A stretch of DNA of 64,000 bases from Fonticula alba ATCC 38817 (taxonomy: Eukaryota; Protista; Nucleariida): the NCBI GenBank assembly GCA_000388065.2, contig KB932201.1; one strand, 5' to 3'. A model generated the notes under the pieces. The model saw only the letters and a list, made by a program, of their open reading frames with translations, searched no databases and had not been told where the DNA came from. Made by a program: the position numbers and the translations under genes. Positions 22,538 to 33,651 of this stretch are shown in pieces (within the stretch, counting starts at the first letter, position 1; every line of letters begins with the position of its first letter).

Positions 22538-24466
22538 TGGCCAGGGCAGCCCCCCCCCCTTGCCCCCTCCCCTTTCCGAGGCCCCCCCCCCCCCCCCCCC
22601 CCCCCCCCTCCCTTCGGCCCTCGCCCTCCCTCTCTTTCCTTCTCGCTCTCGCCTCCTGTAGCTACGCCTGGGCCGAGTACCTGGACAGCAAGGGCATCGA
22701 ATTCGTCTTCTGGAGTGCCACTGAGGCCCAGCTTTTGATCGATGCCGAGCTCGAGGCTCTGGAGCAGGCTGGCGAGGCGGACCAGCACCATGACCGGCCG
22801 ACCGTGGTCGCTCCCTCGGCGGCCGACACCGCGGCCGTGACGCAGACCCCGATCGACCCTGATACCCTGCTGAAGGAGGCCTTCGGCAAGCCGACCAACC
22901 CGGACTTGGCCTATCGGTCGCGAATTGTCTCGCGTAACGAACTTTTCGCCATGTTCCATGAGCTGGGCTCGGATGTCCTGACCTCCGGGGCCCTCGGTCC
23001 CGATGGCCGGAAGCAGCAGCTGGTTGTCGGCCTGGTTGGCTATCCCAACGTCGGTAAGTCCAGTACGACCAACGTCCTGTGCGGCAAGAAGCGCGTGGCC
23101 GTGGCCGCCACCCCTGGTAAGACCAAGCACTTCCAGGTATGTCTTCAATGAGTGCCGGCCTCCGGCCGAGCCTTTGGCACATTTTCCCTTTCCCCCTTGG
23201 CCTCGCGCTGTTGCTGCACCCGGCTAATCGTCGCCCTCCCTTCTCCTGGCGGCTGCTTCGCCCACGGCAGACCATCATCCTGAGCCCCGATCTGATGATC
23301 TGTGATTGCCCGGGTCTGGTGTTCCCCTCGTTTGCGGCCCTCCGTGAGGACCTCGTGTGCAACGGCATCCTGCCGATTGACCAGCTTCGCGAGGCCATTT
23401 CCCCGACCCAGCTCGTCTGCCAGCGTATCCCTCGGCTGTTGATTGAGTCCATTTATGGCATTGTCCTGCCGCAGCCGGCCCTTGGCGAGCCGGCCGACCG
23501 GGCGCCGACGGCCACCGAGCTGCTTGGAGCCTTCGCCATTGCTCGTGGCTTCATGCGCAAGGGCCATGGTAATGCCGACGAGATGCGCGCCGCGCGTGTC
23601 ATCCTCAAGGATTATGTGGCTGTACGTGCTGCCTTGTCCACTCCTCCCGCCTCCCTCCTCTCGCTGTCTTCCCTTCATGCTCTCTCTCGCTCTCTCTCTC
23701 GCTCTCTCTCTTCCTCGAGAAAGAGAGAGAGCGAGAGGGAGCGAGAGAGAAAAAAAACTCGCCCCCAACAACATCCCACTCACTTACACCTGCATCTCCC
23801 CCTTCCCCTCCCCTCCCACCTTCTCATGTGTATCTAGGGCAAGCTCCTGTATGCTCATCCCCCGCCCACCATTGAGGGCAAGCTCTTCAACACTGCCTCG
23901 CACCTGGCCACCATCCAGGACCTTCAGGAGCGCAAGGCGCATCTCTTCCGTCACGAGACCAAGGTTTCTTCAGATGGCCAGCAGACTGACGTCCTGGTCC
24001 GCCGGTCGGCCCGCCAGCAGGTACGTCTCGTGGCTTTCTCTCATTCCGGGAACTGGGGGCCGAGATTGGGTGTTCTTCGTTTGCCTTCCCCTTTTCCTTG
24101 GTGGTCCTTTTTACTAACCTGGCCTCCCCGGCTCCGTGATGCTCCGGTGGGGTTTTTTTTTTCTTCATCCTCTGCATTCAGCCTCAGAACAGCGTTCAGG
24201 CTGAGATCGACCGCGACTTCTTCGCCCAGTCCAATGTGGGCGTCGGCTATAAGAACAAGAACCTTTCTTCCATCAACAAGGGTGTACGTCAAGTTGCCGT
24301 CTGCCTGCCTCCTGCCTTCCTCTGCTCTGCCCTGTGCCGATCTGCTGCTGACCTCCCCCGAACCAACCACCAGCACCTCGAGGCCCAGGAGCCGGGGCTT
24401 CCCGGGAAGAAGGGCCACAAGTCCAAGAAGGTAAAGGCTCGCAACCTGTACAAGGCCACCAACTAG
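21351..24466 (+). CDS. LSG1: Large-subunit GTPase 1 (circularly permuted 60S maturation GTPase); multi-exon
   Basis: SGLGRAL, MQSIT..DLEEFL, VPRRPAW, ERDAFLEWRRSLA, TPFERNIEVWRQLWRV, VDARNP. G4 NKSD precedes G1 GYPNVGKSS; then TPGKTKHFQT and G3 DCPGLVFP. Basic tail GKKGHKSKK. Confidence 0.95.
22461..22616 (+). repeat. Poly-C tracts in an LSG1 intron
   Basis: Near-continuous C runs between the exon ending EQR and the exon starting YAWAEY. Confidence 0.85.
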
Positions 24467-25310
24467 CCAGGGTGCAGACTGTCCCCTCCCCTCCCCCCTG
24501 CCCAGTCGGCGGCGGGGCCTCTCCCTTCCGAATGCGTCTGTCCATGATTCATCCTCTCCTGGCGATGCTATCACACCTGCAGCCTTGCACACGTAGGTGC
24601 GTGTGCACGCGCGCGGTGCTCGTACCCGCCCTGATGGAGGATCGCGGCGCGGAGTGCCGCGCATCCTGTCCTTGTCTCGTTTTGCAACACACAGCATGTT
24701 GGCCCCATCTCCTCCCCCCCCCCCCCCTCCCTACCCCCATATCTTCTCCCTTCTGCCCGCTCCCTGGCCGCCAGGCACACCCATCGACTGCCGCGCCTGG
24801 CACGCTTGTGCATTCTGGATCCTGGGCATCCAAATGTAGATTAAACGCAATATGCTGTCTCCCTGTTGTCCGGTGAAAGTGTGGCCCATGTGTGTGCTGA
24901 GGGTGCAAGAGATACTTGTATTTCGTGTTTGATGAGTGTTTCGGCCCACCCTTGACTGGAAGGGGAGAGGTGGAGGGGNNNNNNNNNNNNNNNNNNNNNN
25001 NNNNNNNNNNNNNNNNNNNNNNNNNNNNNNNNNNNNNNNNNNNNNNNNNNNNNNNNNNNNNNNNNNNNNNNNNNNNNNNNNNNNNNNNNNNNNNNNNNNN
25101 NNNNNNNNNNNNNNNNNNNNNNNGGGGGGGGACAGAGGAGGGGGAGGAGGAGGGGGAGGAGGAGAAGGGACGACAAAGGAAGACAACCAAGAGAGATGCT
25201 CTCCGTGTGATGCCTCGGTCCATGTGTCCTCCCCTGGTCCTACCCCATTGAGTGACTCCGATTCTCGCGCCTCTTCATCCCGACTCCCAGTGAGGAACAG
25301 ATCTGCAGCC

Positions 25311-25928
25311 TCACCGGAGGAGGCGCGCCGTATCGCCAGCATCCTCATCGTCATCTTCATCGTCCTGGAAGGAGGAATGGTAGTCGTGGTGATTGTAGGA
25401 GGTGTTGGTGATGTCGGACGAGGAGAAGAGCGACAGCTGATTCAGGCGACCGGCCTGCGGGTTGGCGGCCGTCACAGGCACATTGGTGGCAGCAGAGCCA
25501 GCATCCTGCGCATTGGCCGAGGGCGATCTAAGCTCCTGCATCTCCACCTGGACGTCCTGTCGGGGGCTAGTGACGCGGCTTGTCCCCGTTGAGCGTGACC
25601 AAATGCTACTGGTGCCAGTTACCGAGGGTGATGTCGAAGTCGAGGCCGAAATTGTCGCCGGCTGACGGGCACCCTGCTGGCGGAAGGTCGCGGCCGAAGC
25701 AGTGCCCGAGTGACCATCCTGATCCAGGTCAAAGATTCCGTCCGACTCAACCGACGGCTGGGCCGCTGTCCCGCCGTGCTCGTTCTCCGGCCGGCGCATC
25801 ATGGTCTTCAGCTTGCCCAGAGAGTCTGCACTCGCATGAGACGGGAGGAGCGGTTGTGAAAGGATGAGAGAGAGAGATGGGATTAGCAACACGGCACGAA
25901 ATGGAAGACTTTGAAATGGAGCAGGAAT

Positions 25929-25964
<36 letters not shown>

Positions 25965-26949
25965 GGGGAGGAGCTAAACGTACGTGAGAAGAACCCAGAC
26001 ACGTTGTCAACAAACTTGTCCAGGGCATCATCTTCATCGTCATCGGAATCATACTCGTAGGTGTTACGCGAGGGCCGGGAGGCAGGCTGGGCAGGTGCAG
26101 CCGGAAGCCGATGCTCAGACACCATGGAGAGAGACGACGAGAAGTTGGGCACAGCTCCGGGCGGAAGAGGCCCCCGACCATGGGCGCCAGGGCCATGCCC
26201 CATGTGGCTGTGGCTCGCGGCAGCCAGACGCCGATATTCGTCGATTTCAATTTGTTTCTACCGATCGGGAAGGGCACATGAACAGGCGTTAGGCTCAAGG
26301 ACTGGAAGGGGAAGGGAGGGGGGAACCAGCAAGGCAGGAAGAGGCAGGGCCTGGAACAAAGCAACGCGGCATACCGAAATCTCCATGGCTCGGGGGAGGA
26401 GAGAATCATCGTCAGCGGGCCTTGCCGGCTCCTGTGCCGTGGCTGACTGCTCGGCGGCATCCTCAGCCATATCAGACGCCAGAATGGCCATCAGGGTCTG
26501 CAGTGTATCTTCATCCAGATCGGCCAGTGCCTCCTCGGTCACCATGCCGGACTGGACCAAGCGCTGGCGATCAATGGCACCAGGCGCGATGACGGCCTCG
26601 GCCGGCGCCGGCGCCGGCGCCGGAGCCGGAGCCGGAGCCGACGTCGAGCTCGGTCCATTGGAGTCACCGACCTCAACCAAGGCAGCAGGCTCGGTGCCTG
26701 AGACATCGGACTCGGTGACAGGCCCAGTGGTAGGCTCGGCAGCAGGCTCGGCGGCAGGCTCGGCAGGAGGCTCGGGCTCCGGCTCGGAGCTAAGAAGATT
26801 CTCCACGGCCTGGTCCGGGTTATTCCCATTGTGGTAGAGAGCCGTGACAATTTGCTTGATCGAGTAGTCTGGCAGCATGGTCTTCACTTCGAGGGCCGAA
26901 AGGGCACGCTGGAGTGAACATGTATGCATGCGCATGTGTGTGTGAGGAG

Positions 26950-26986
<37 letters not shown>

Positions 26987-28516
26987 GAGGTGGAGATGTA
27001 AGTCGGGCATTTGAGAAGGGAGGGCAAATGTGGACGTCTGGGATCGACAACACGACGAGGACAGGAGTGTGGAAAAAGGGAGGAACTTCCGACGAGGGAG
27101 GAGGTGTGGTAGGTAGAGCCAGGAGGGGGGGGGGGGGGGCAGACGCACGTTCAGGATGATCTCCTCACGGCTTTCGAGGAAGCCCTCTGGCAGGGCGACA
27201 GATGCCGGAGTCATCAGGCGCTGCTGCTGCGCGCCAGCGCCGGCATACTGATGCTGCAGCTGGGAATTGGCCATGTACTGCTGGTACAGCGAGGCATTGG
27301 TTGCAGTCAGCTCGTCGTTGATGGCATTGAACAGCTCAATGAAGTGCGTGAGGTCCTCCTCCAGGTCGAAGCGAATCTCCACCATGACCGTCTCGGAGTC
27401 CTCACGGAAGAGGCGCAGCGGGGCCCGATGGATGAAGGACGCGTGCGACCGAAGCCCGATGACCTGGGGGTCATCCCGATGCCGGAAGAGCTGCGAGTTC
27501 TGGGCGTCCATCAGCAGCACGACATTCGACTGGCCATCGCCCTCAGACCCGAAGGAGACAGCAGTCAGAACCAGCGGACTGGACAGCATCAGCACACACT
27601 GGAGAGGCTGGCGACGGCGGCGCCGTTGGAAGATCTCCACTTTGCAGTTCATCAGCGCCTTGTCGGTATCAACATTGGTGAGTACGCCACCATTGGAGCT
27701 CGGAGTCGGGACCGTGGGAGCGGCATGAGGCCTCGACCGGGCGGGGGCCATCCCAGGGCTGCCATATGCCGGGTAGCCACCATGGAAAGCCGGAGCCGGA
27801 GCCATGCCACTGGGATGGTAGCCACCAAATCCGGGCATCGGGTGATAGCTGGTGCTCGGGTAGCCGCCCAAGGGAGAGGCAGGCGCCATGTGGGGAGAGG
27901 TCCATGTGGGAGCCGGGGCAGTGGCTGCGGCTGCGGTTGCGGCTGCCGGTGTCGAGGGACTGGCCGCCACATCGGGCACTGAGACAGCACCGGCTGGGGT
28001 GCCAGCCGAGGCAGGTGCCACCGCCGCCGATGACTGCGGCAGCGGCTGCGGCTGGGCCTGGGGCTGGGGCTGGGGCTGGTGGCCAGAGGGAGGAGAGGAG
28101 GGTGTAGCACGAGCATCCGGCCCCGGCTGGCTGTAGGCGCCATACGCTCCAGGGCCCTGGTAGTAGGGACCGCGCGAGTCGTGGTGATGCGCCGCAGGAC
28201 CAGGCATCCGCGCCTGGCTTTGAAGATGCGGCGGGGGCTCATACGATGAGGGGGTATGTGCGATGGGCATGCTGGCGAAAGGATCGCCCGGGGCCGAGGA
28301 GCCGGTGTGCTCGGCAAACGACATGTCCGCGAAGGGATCGGTCGAGGTTAGGCCGCCACCGGTGGCCGGCGCGGATGCCCCATCGTCCGGAGAGGTGAGA
28401 GATACATCCTCCAGTCGCTCCGACAGGGGATCGAACTCGAGGAACAGATCTCGATCAAGTGACTGCGCCGGCGCCGAGGCCGGAGACGCCGGATTGGAGT
28501 TGGGCGGCAAAGACAT
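25311..28516 (-). CDS. Adaptor-like protein: FDPL/DPF motifs, PH-like domain, CUE domain, UIM; 3' end uncertain
   Basis: Introns at 26909-27148 and about 26259-26374 plus a later one. CUE-like ALEVKTMLPDYSIKQIVTALYHNGNNPDQAVENLL. UIM-like DDDSLLPRAMEISKQIE across a splice junction. A beta-rich globular segment (NCKVEIFQ...VEIRFDLEEDLTHFIELFN) is compatible with a PH-like fold. Confidence 0.7.
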
Positions 28517-29936
28517 GATCCTGTCTGGGCGCAGGGAAAGGGGGGAGAAGGGGGGCTTTGGAGGGTGGCCGGGAGGTGGGGCGGGGGGCGAGAGCCAGAA
28601 GCGGGGGGAAGGGGGGGGAGGGGGGTCAGCGGGCGATGGGATGCAGATGAAACGGGGAGGAGAAGCATTGTCGGGGGCGACAGACGGGGGATGTACATCG
28701 GCGGTGAGAGGTAAAAGGAAGGCACGACAATGAGCGAAGGAGCGAGGATAGGGGAGGGGAGGAATGGGGGGGGGGGTGATTCAGCCATATACGAAAATCC
28801 CTCAGGGGGGCTGGAGAAGAACGCACCGAAGACGATCCCTCACTCGCAGCACAGACAAACTACACACATACATGCACATACACACGGGCCCAGGCCGACA
28901 AACACCCCCCTTCCCCGGGCTGCTCACACCTGGAGACAAAAAACGCCAGGCCCCCGGACAGACTGGCACGACCCGCAGCCGGTCAGGCCCCTGCCCCGCC
29001 CAGGCGATCGGACCCGACAGTCGCGGATCCCTGGGGACCTGCGCTCGCATGCCTGGAGCATTCTCGGCCGGGCGGGAATAAATTCACGCCACCCCGCCTC
29101 TCTTGCCGCTAGCCATTGCGTATGCGGTCCCGGGGTCAGCCGACAGCAATCTCCTTCGCTTGGGCACAAGGGCCCCCCGGCCTGGTGGTGGGTGTGTCGC
29201 CAGCACTGAGGGCCGGGGGCGAGGCGGGCCTGGCATCGAGGACGGGGGGACCTCCGGCACAGGTTCACAAGGCACAACACACAACAGCCGGAGGCGGGGA
29301 CCAGCCCGCGGCGACAGAATAGGTGGTCACGTGAGCATCCGGCTCAATCGGGCAGCAGCCCGGCGACTTCCACTCTGGGCGCTGTGTGCGAGACGCACGG
29401 AGGGGTGGGGGGGGCGGGGGGTGGTGGGGAGTGGCGAGCGTCTATTGGATGACGACAGACGGGCCGGGCCACCGCACCTGCCCAGGGCAGGGGGCGGCTG
29501 CCCGGGCACTTTTTCTGGCGGTCCCCTGACAGCAGGGATACCGCCGGCTTCGAGACGTTGGCGTACATGAGCTTCTTGTTTGAGGGTCACTTGCCTGGGG
29601 GGGAGGGCTGTGCCTCCTGTGCGGCTCATATTTTGGGCCGTAGGTCTGTTTCCGCGCCCCCCCCCCCTCCCTCTTGCCTGGCCGTCTTCTCGGCATCCAC
29701 AATCACCACGCACCCAGCGAAGGGAAATATGTGCACGGACAAACGAAATATTTGGGAAAAAATCGAACCCGCACATTCATGCGCGGGGCCCGAGAAAAAG
29801 ATTATATTTATGTCGAAAGGAGGGGGGAAGGAGTCGTCCACCTCTCGCCTTCTTCGCTGCCATGTGGAGGAAAAAGGAAGAGGAAGCAGGGAGGAGAAGA
29901 GAAGCAGACACACATGCACACACGCGGCCGAGGAAA

Positions 29937-32900
29937 CTACTCCTCACTGGCCGCGGTGATGTCCTTGTGGAGGAAGGTCCGGCGCCCGGCGGAGAAGTCC
30001 CCGGCGGTGTGCCCTGTCCCGCGCAGGAGCCAGCGCGTGGTCAGCAGCCCGCGCACGCCGACCGGGCCACGGGCGTGAATGCGCCCGGTGCTGACACCAA
30101 CCTCGGCCCCGAGGCCCATGCGATAGCCGTCGGAGAAGCGTGTCGAGGCATTATGGAAGACACAGGCCGCATCCACGCGGGCCAGGAAGTCCCGCGCGGT
30201 GGCCTGGTCCTCGGTGATGATGGCCTCCGTATGGGCACTCCCGTGGAGGCGAATGTGCTCCATGGCACTGTCCGCGTCGGCAACCACCTCCACCGTGACC
30301 GCCAGCGAGCCGTACTCGGTGGACAGATCCACGGCGTCCGGGCCGCACCCGGTGATCGGGACGCCGGACCGGTCGAAGTGCTGCCGGGCCACCGGGCCCA
30401 AATGCACCACAACGCCGGCATTCTGCAGAGCCGCGATCAGACGGCGGCCCAGGCCGGCCCGCTGCTGCTGGTCATCGCCATCGGCCCCGGCGGCCGGGCC
30501 ACAAATGCCCTGGTGCAGGAGAACCGACTCGACCGCATTGCAAGCCGAGGGATAGTGCGTCTTGGCGTCAAGGACAATGGTCTCCGCCATGGCGGGGCAG
30601 GCTGCCACATCGACGAAAATGTGGCACATCCCGGCCGCATGACCGAGAACCGGAATGCGGGTGTTCTGCTGGATGTGGCTCACCAGCTGATTGGACCCAC
30701 GAGGGATGACCAGGTCGATGTGCTGGTCCAAAGCCAACAGCCGGCTGACGCCGGTGCGAGTCTCCACCAGGCCCACCAGTCGGGCGGCCGCCGGGCCAAG
30801 AACATCACCCAGGGCCCGGGCCACCAGGCCATGCAGCAGGGCACAAGAAGCCGTCGCCTCGCGGCCGCCCTTCAGCAACAGCCCATTGCCGGAGCGGATG
30901 GCCAGCGCCGCAATTTGCGGCAGGGCATCGGGCCGAGACTCGAAGATGACCAGCAGCACACCGATCGGGACTTGGGTTTGCTCCAGCACCAGGCCCTCGC
31001 TCAGGAGCGTACGCTGAAGGACCGAATCCACCGGGTCCACATCGTTGGCCAGCTGGCGCACACCCTCGGCCAGGGTGCCAATCTTCTCCGGGGTCAGGCG
31101 CAGACGCTGGAGGTTGGCGGCCGACAGGCGCGACTGCTGGTCATCGGTCGGGTTGTTGGCGGCCGCCTGCGCCCGCGCCATGTCCAGATCGTTGGCCTGG
31201 AGGATGGCCTCCTGCTGCTCTTCCAGCAGGTCAGCCAACCGGGCCAGAACCGCCGACCGGTCAGCGGCCGACGCACAACGGACCAAGTTCGAAGCCAATC
31301 GAGCTGCCTGGGCCATGCGCTCCTCCTCTTCGGTGCTGCCGGGAGTAGTGGACCCGGGGCTCGGGGTGCCGCTGCTGCCGACCGACAGGGCCCGAGCACG
31401 GGCCTCCGCCTGAATGGCATCATGGACATCAGCCGGAGCAACCCCCAGGGCGGCCAGGTTCACCTGGCGCGGGTCGTCCGCCAGGACCAGCGTCCCGACA
31501 CGCTCGCCGGAGATGACGCGCGTGGCCACGAGGTTCGCATGGCCAGAGGCGATGACCGCCCGAACACCGCCCATCTGGGCGGCCAGCATGGCCGACTCGA
31601 GCTTGCTCTGCATGCCACCGCGACCGCGTGCCCCGGCCGCGCCGAAGGTGACCGCCACGCCGGGATGCATGACATCCAGCAGCCGGGCACCATCGCTACC
31701 GGGCGGGCCGGACCACACACCCTCGGTGTCGGTCAGCAGGAGAAGCAGATGCGCCCGCACGGCCACCGCCAGGAGCGCCGCCAGGCGATCATTATCCTGG
31801 AAGGTCTCATCGGGGTTGTGCTCCATGACGCCGGCGGCGGCGGCGGCCGCCACCGCGGCCGCCGTGTCCGACAGCGAAGCGTCCGGAGTGAGCCCCGGCG
31901 TGGGGAGCATATGCTGATGGTGGAGGTGATGATCCGGGCCATGCTGAAGGGCCGCCGTGGCGGCTGCGGCCGCCGAGCAGGGCGGGCTCGCGGCCCCGGA
32001 CCCGGCTCCCAGGAAGCCCAAATCCCCGGACGGGCTGGCCCCGGTCACTGACTCCGGCGTGTAGCCCTCACTCAGGAGCACAGCGTCATTCTCATTGATA
32101 ATGGGCACAACATTGTAGGACAGAAGCAGCTCGATCGAGTGGACCAGGCGAGTTTTGGCCGCCGCATCCCGGAAGAAGGTGCTGGTCAGGAGCATCTGCG
32201 CGGTGGTGATGTCCAGAGCCCCCAGCAGGTTGTCATAGAGTGCCATGAGGGAGGACTGTCCGGTGGCGGCGCAGGCCCGGCGGATGGCCTCCTCCTGCTG
32301 CCGGCACTTGAGGGCCTCCTCCGCGCCCGGGGTATACTGCGAGTGGAGGTGGTGGCTCGGCTGCCCGGTCAACGGATCGAGGGTCTCAGGGACGGTGGGC
32401 TCCGGACCCGGGGCCTCGGGCCCGGCATTCCCCCGGAGGTGGATATTCCGCAGGCTGGAATTCAGCAGCTGCTGGAAGCGCAGGCGCTGACGACCCAGGC
32501 CCACGGCCCCGGAAGTGACCAGGATCACCTGGTGGCCCTGTTGCTGGATGGCCGCAATCTGTTCACACAGGCTGCCAATGCGGCCGAGAGACAGGTATCC
32601 CGAGTTCTGAGTGACGACTTGGGTGCCGACCTTTGGGCAGAAACAGTTGTGGAAAGGGATGAGCAGGAGGGGAGAGGGGGGTGATGGGGGGGGGGATTAG
32701 AAGCCCGGTCCGGGAGACGGTGAGCTGTGCCTCTGCCAAAATGCCCGATGGCAGATGGGAGAGAGAGAGAGAGACAGAAGAGGCAGGAGGGGGGACCGGA
32801 TCAATCGCGCACCTTGATGACGACACGCCGGCAGTAGCGCAGTTTCGAGCGGATGGCATCGCCGATGGCTGTAAGCGCTTCGGCCGGAAGGGGGGCCAGA

Positions 32901-33010
32901 TTGTCCGTGGCGAGCATGCTGGCAATGGGATCGAAGTCCTGGGCGACCGGAGGATTATCCGAGTGCATGGTAGAATTATGGTCCGCGTGAGATACAGTCA
33001 GAGGGGACAT
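29937..33010 (-). CDS. P5CS: Bifunctional delta-1-pyrroline-5-carboxylate synthase (glutamate 5-kinase + gamma-glutamyl phosphate reductase)
   Basis: Exons 32813-33010 and 29937-32630. G5K motifs VVIKVGT, VILVTSGAV, AATGQ, VPIINENDAV, DNDRLAA and GRGGMQSK. GPR motifs VPIGVLLVIFESRPD, LVIPRGS, catalytic SACNAVES and NASTRFSDG...GAEVGVSTGRIHARGPVG. Confidence 0.97.
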
Positions 33011-33643
33011 ATTTCTCTCTTTCGCTTTCTTTCTTGGAGGACCGGGGGAAGGGGGGGGGGGGGAGGAGGGGACTCGACACAACACTCGACACGGCACAGG
33101 GACACCAGGGGAGGGGGAGGGCGGGAGGGGAGCGTTTGTGTGCGTGTGTGGTAGGAGATACCGTAATGGGGGCCAAGAACCGGTAGAAGAGGGTAGGTGC
33201 TCAATGGGACCTGGAGGATGATGGAAATGCCCAACTACCGAGAAGAGGCGGGAGAATGGCGCCGTCCGAGTCGGTGTGGTTTGTCAAATCCCTTGGGAGA
33301 TTTGAGATATCGTGGAGGAAGGTATCTAGGGGAGCCGGGGGGGGGGGGGGGGGAGAGACGGTAAGAAGACTGGTGCACATGCGAGTGGCATTTTGGGGTG
33401 CCGGCGAGGGGGCGAAATATAGGGGAAAAAAAAAGAAGCAGGAAGCCCGAGCAAGGGAGGAAAGTCATCGAGCCATATGACGCACAGATGGGATTTCCTG
33501 CACACAACAGGAGGAGAGTGACTGCACGAGGGGAAGGGAAACACGCAACGGGCAGGGGACCAAGCTAAATGATGAAGAGGGGCGTGGGGCAAGTCGAGGG
33601 GAATTGGGGGAGGCGCCTACGCCAAGGGGGGCCTCCCTTCAGC

Positions 33644-33651
33644 CTTATATA
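33644..33651 (-). promoter_or_regulatory. Putative TATA box upstream of P5CS
   Basis: TATATAAG on the minus strand in otherwise GC-rich DNA, about 630 bp upstream of the P5CS ATG. No transcript evidence. Confidence 0.3.

Noticed and set aside
29580-32051. 823-aa plus-strand ORF (similarly 56767-58671, 16448-17689, 18589-20718 and many others)
   Set aside because: These are antisense or alternate-frame shadows of well-supported genes. High GC suppresses stop codons and the translations have no family motifs.
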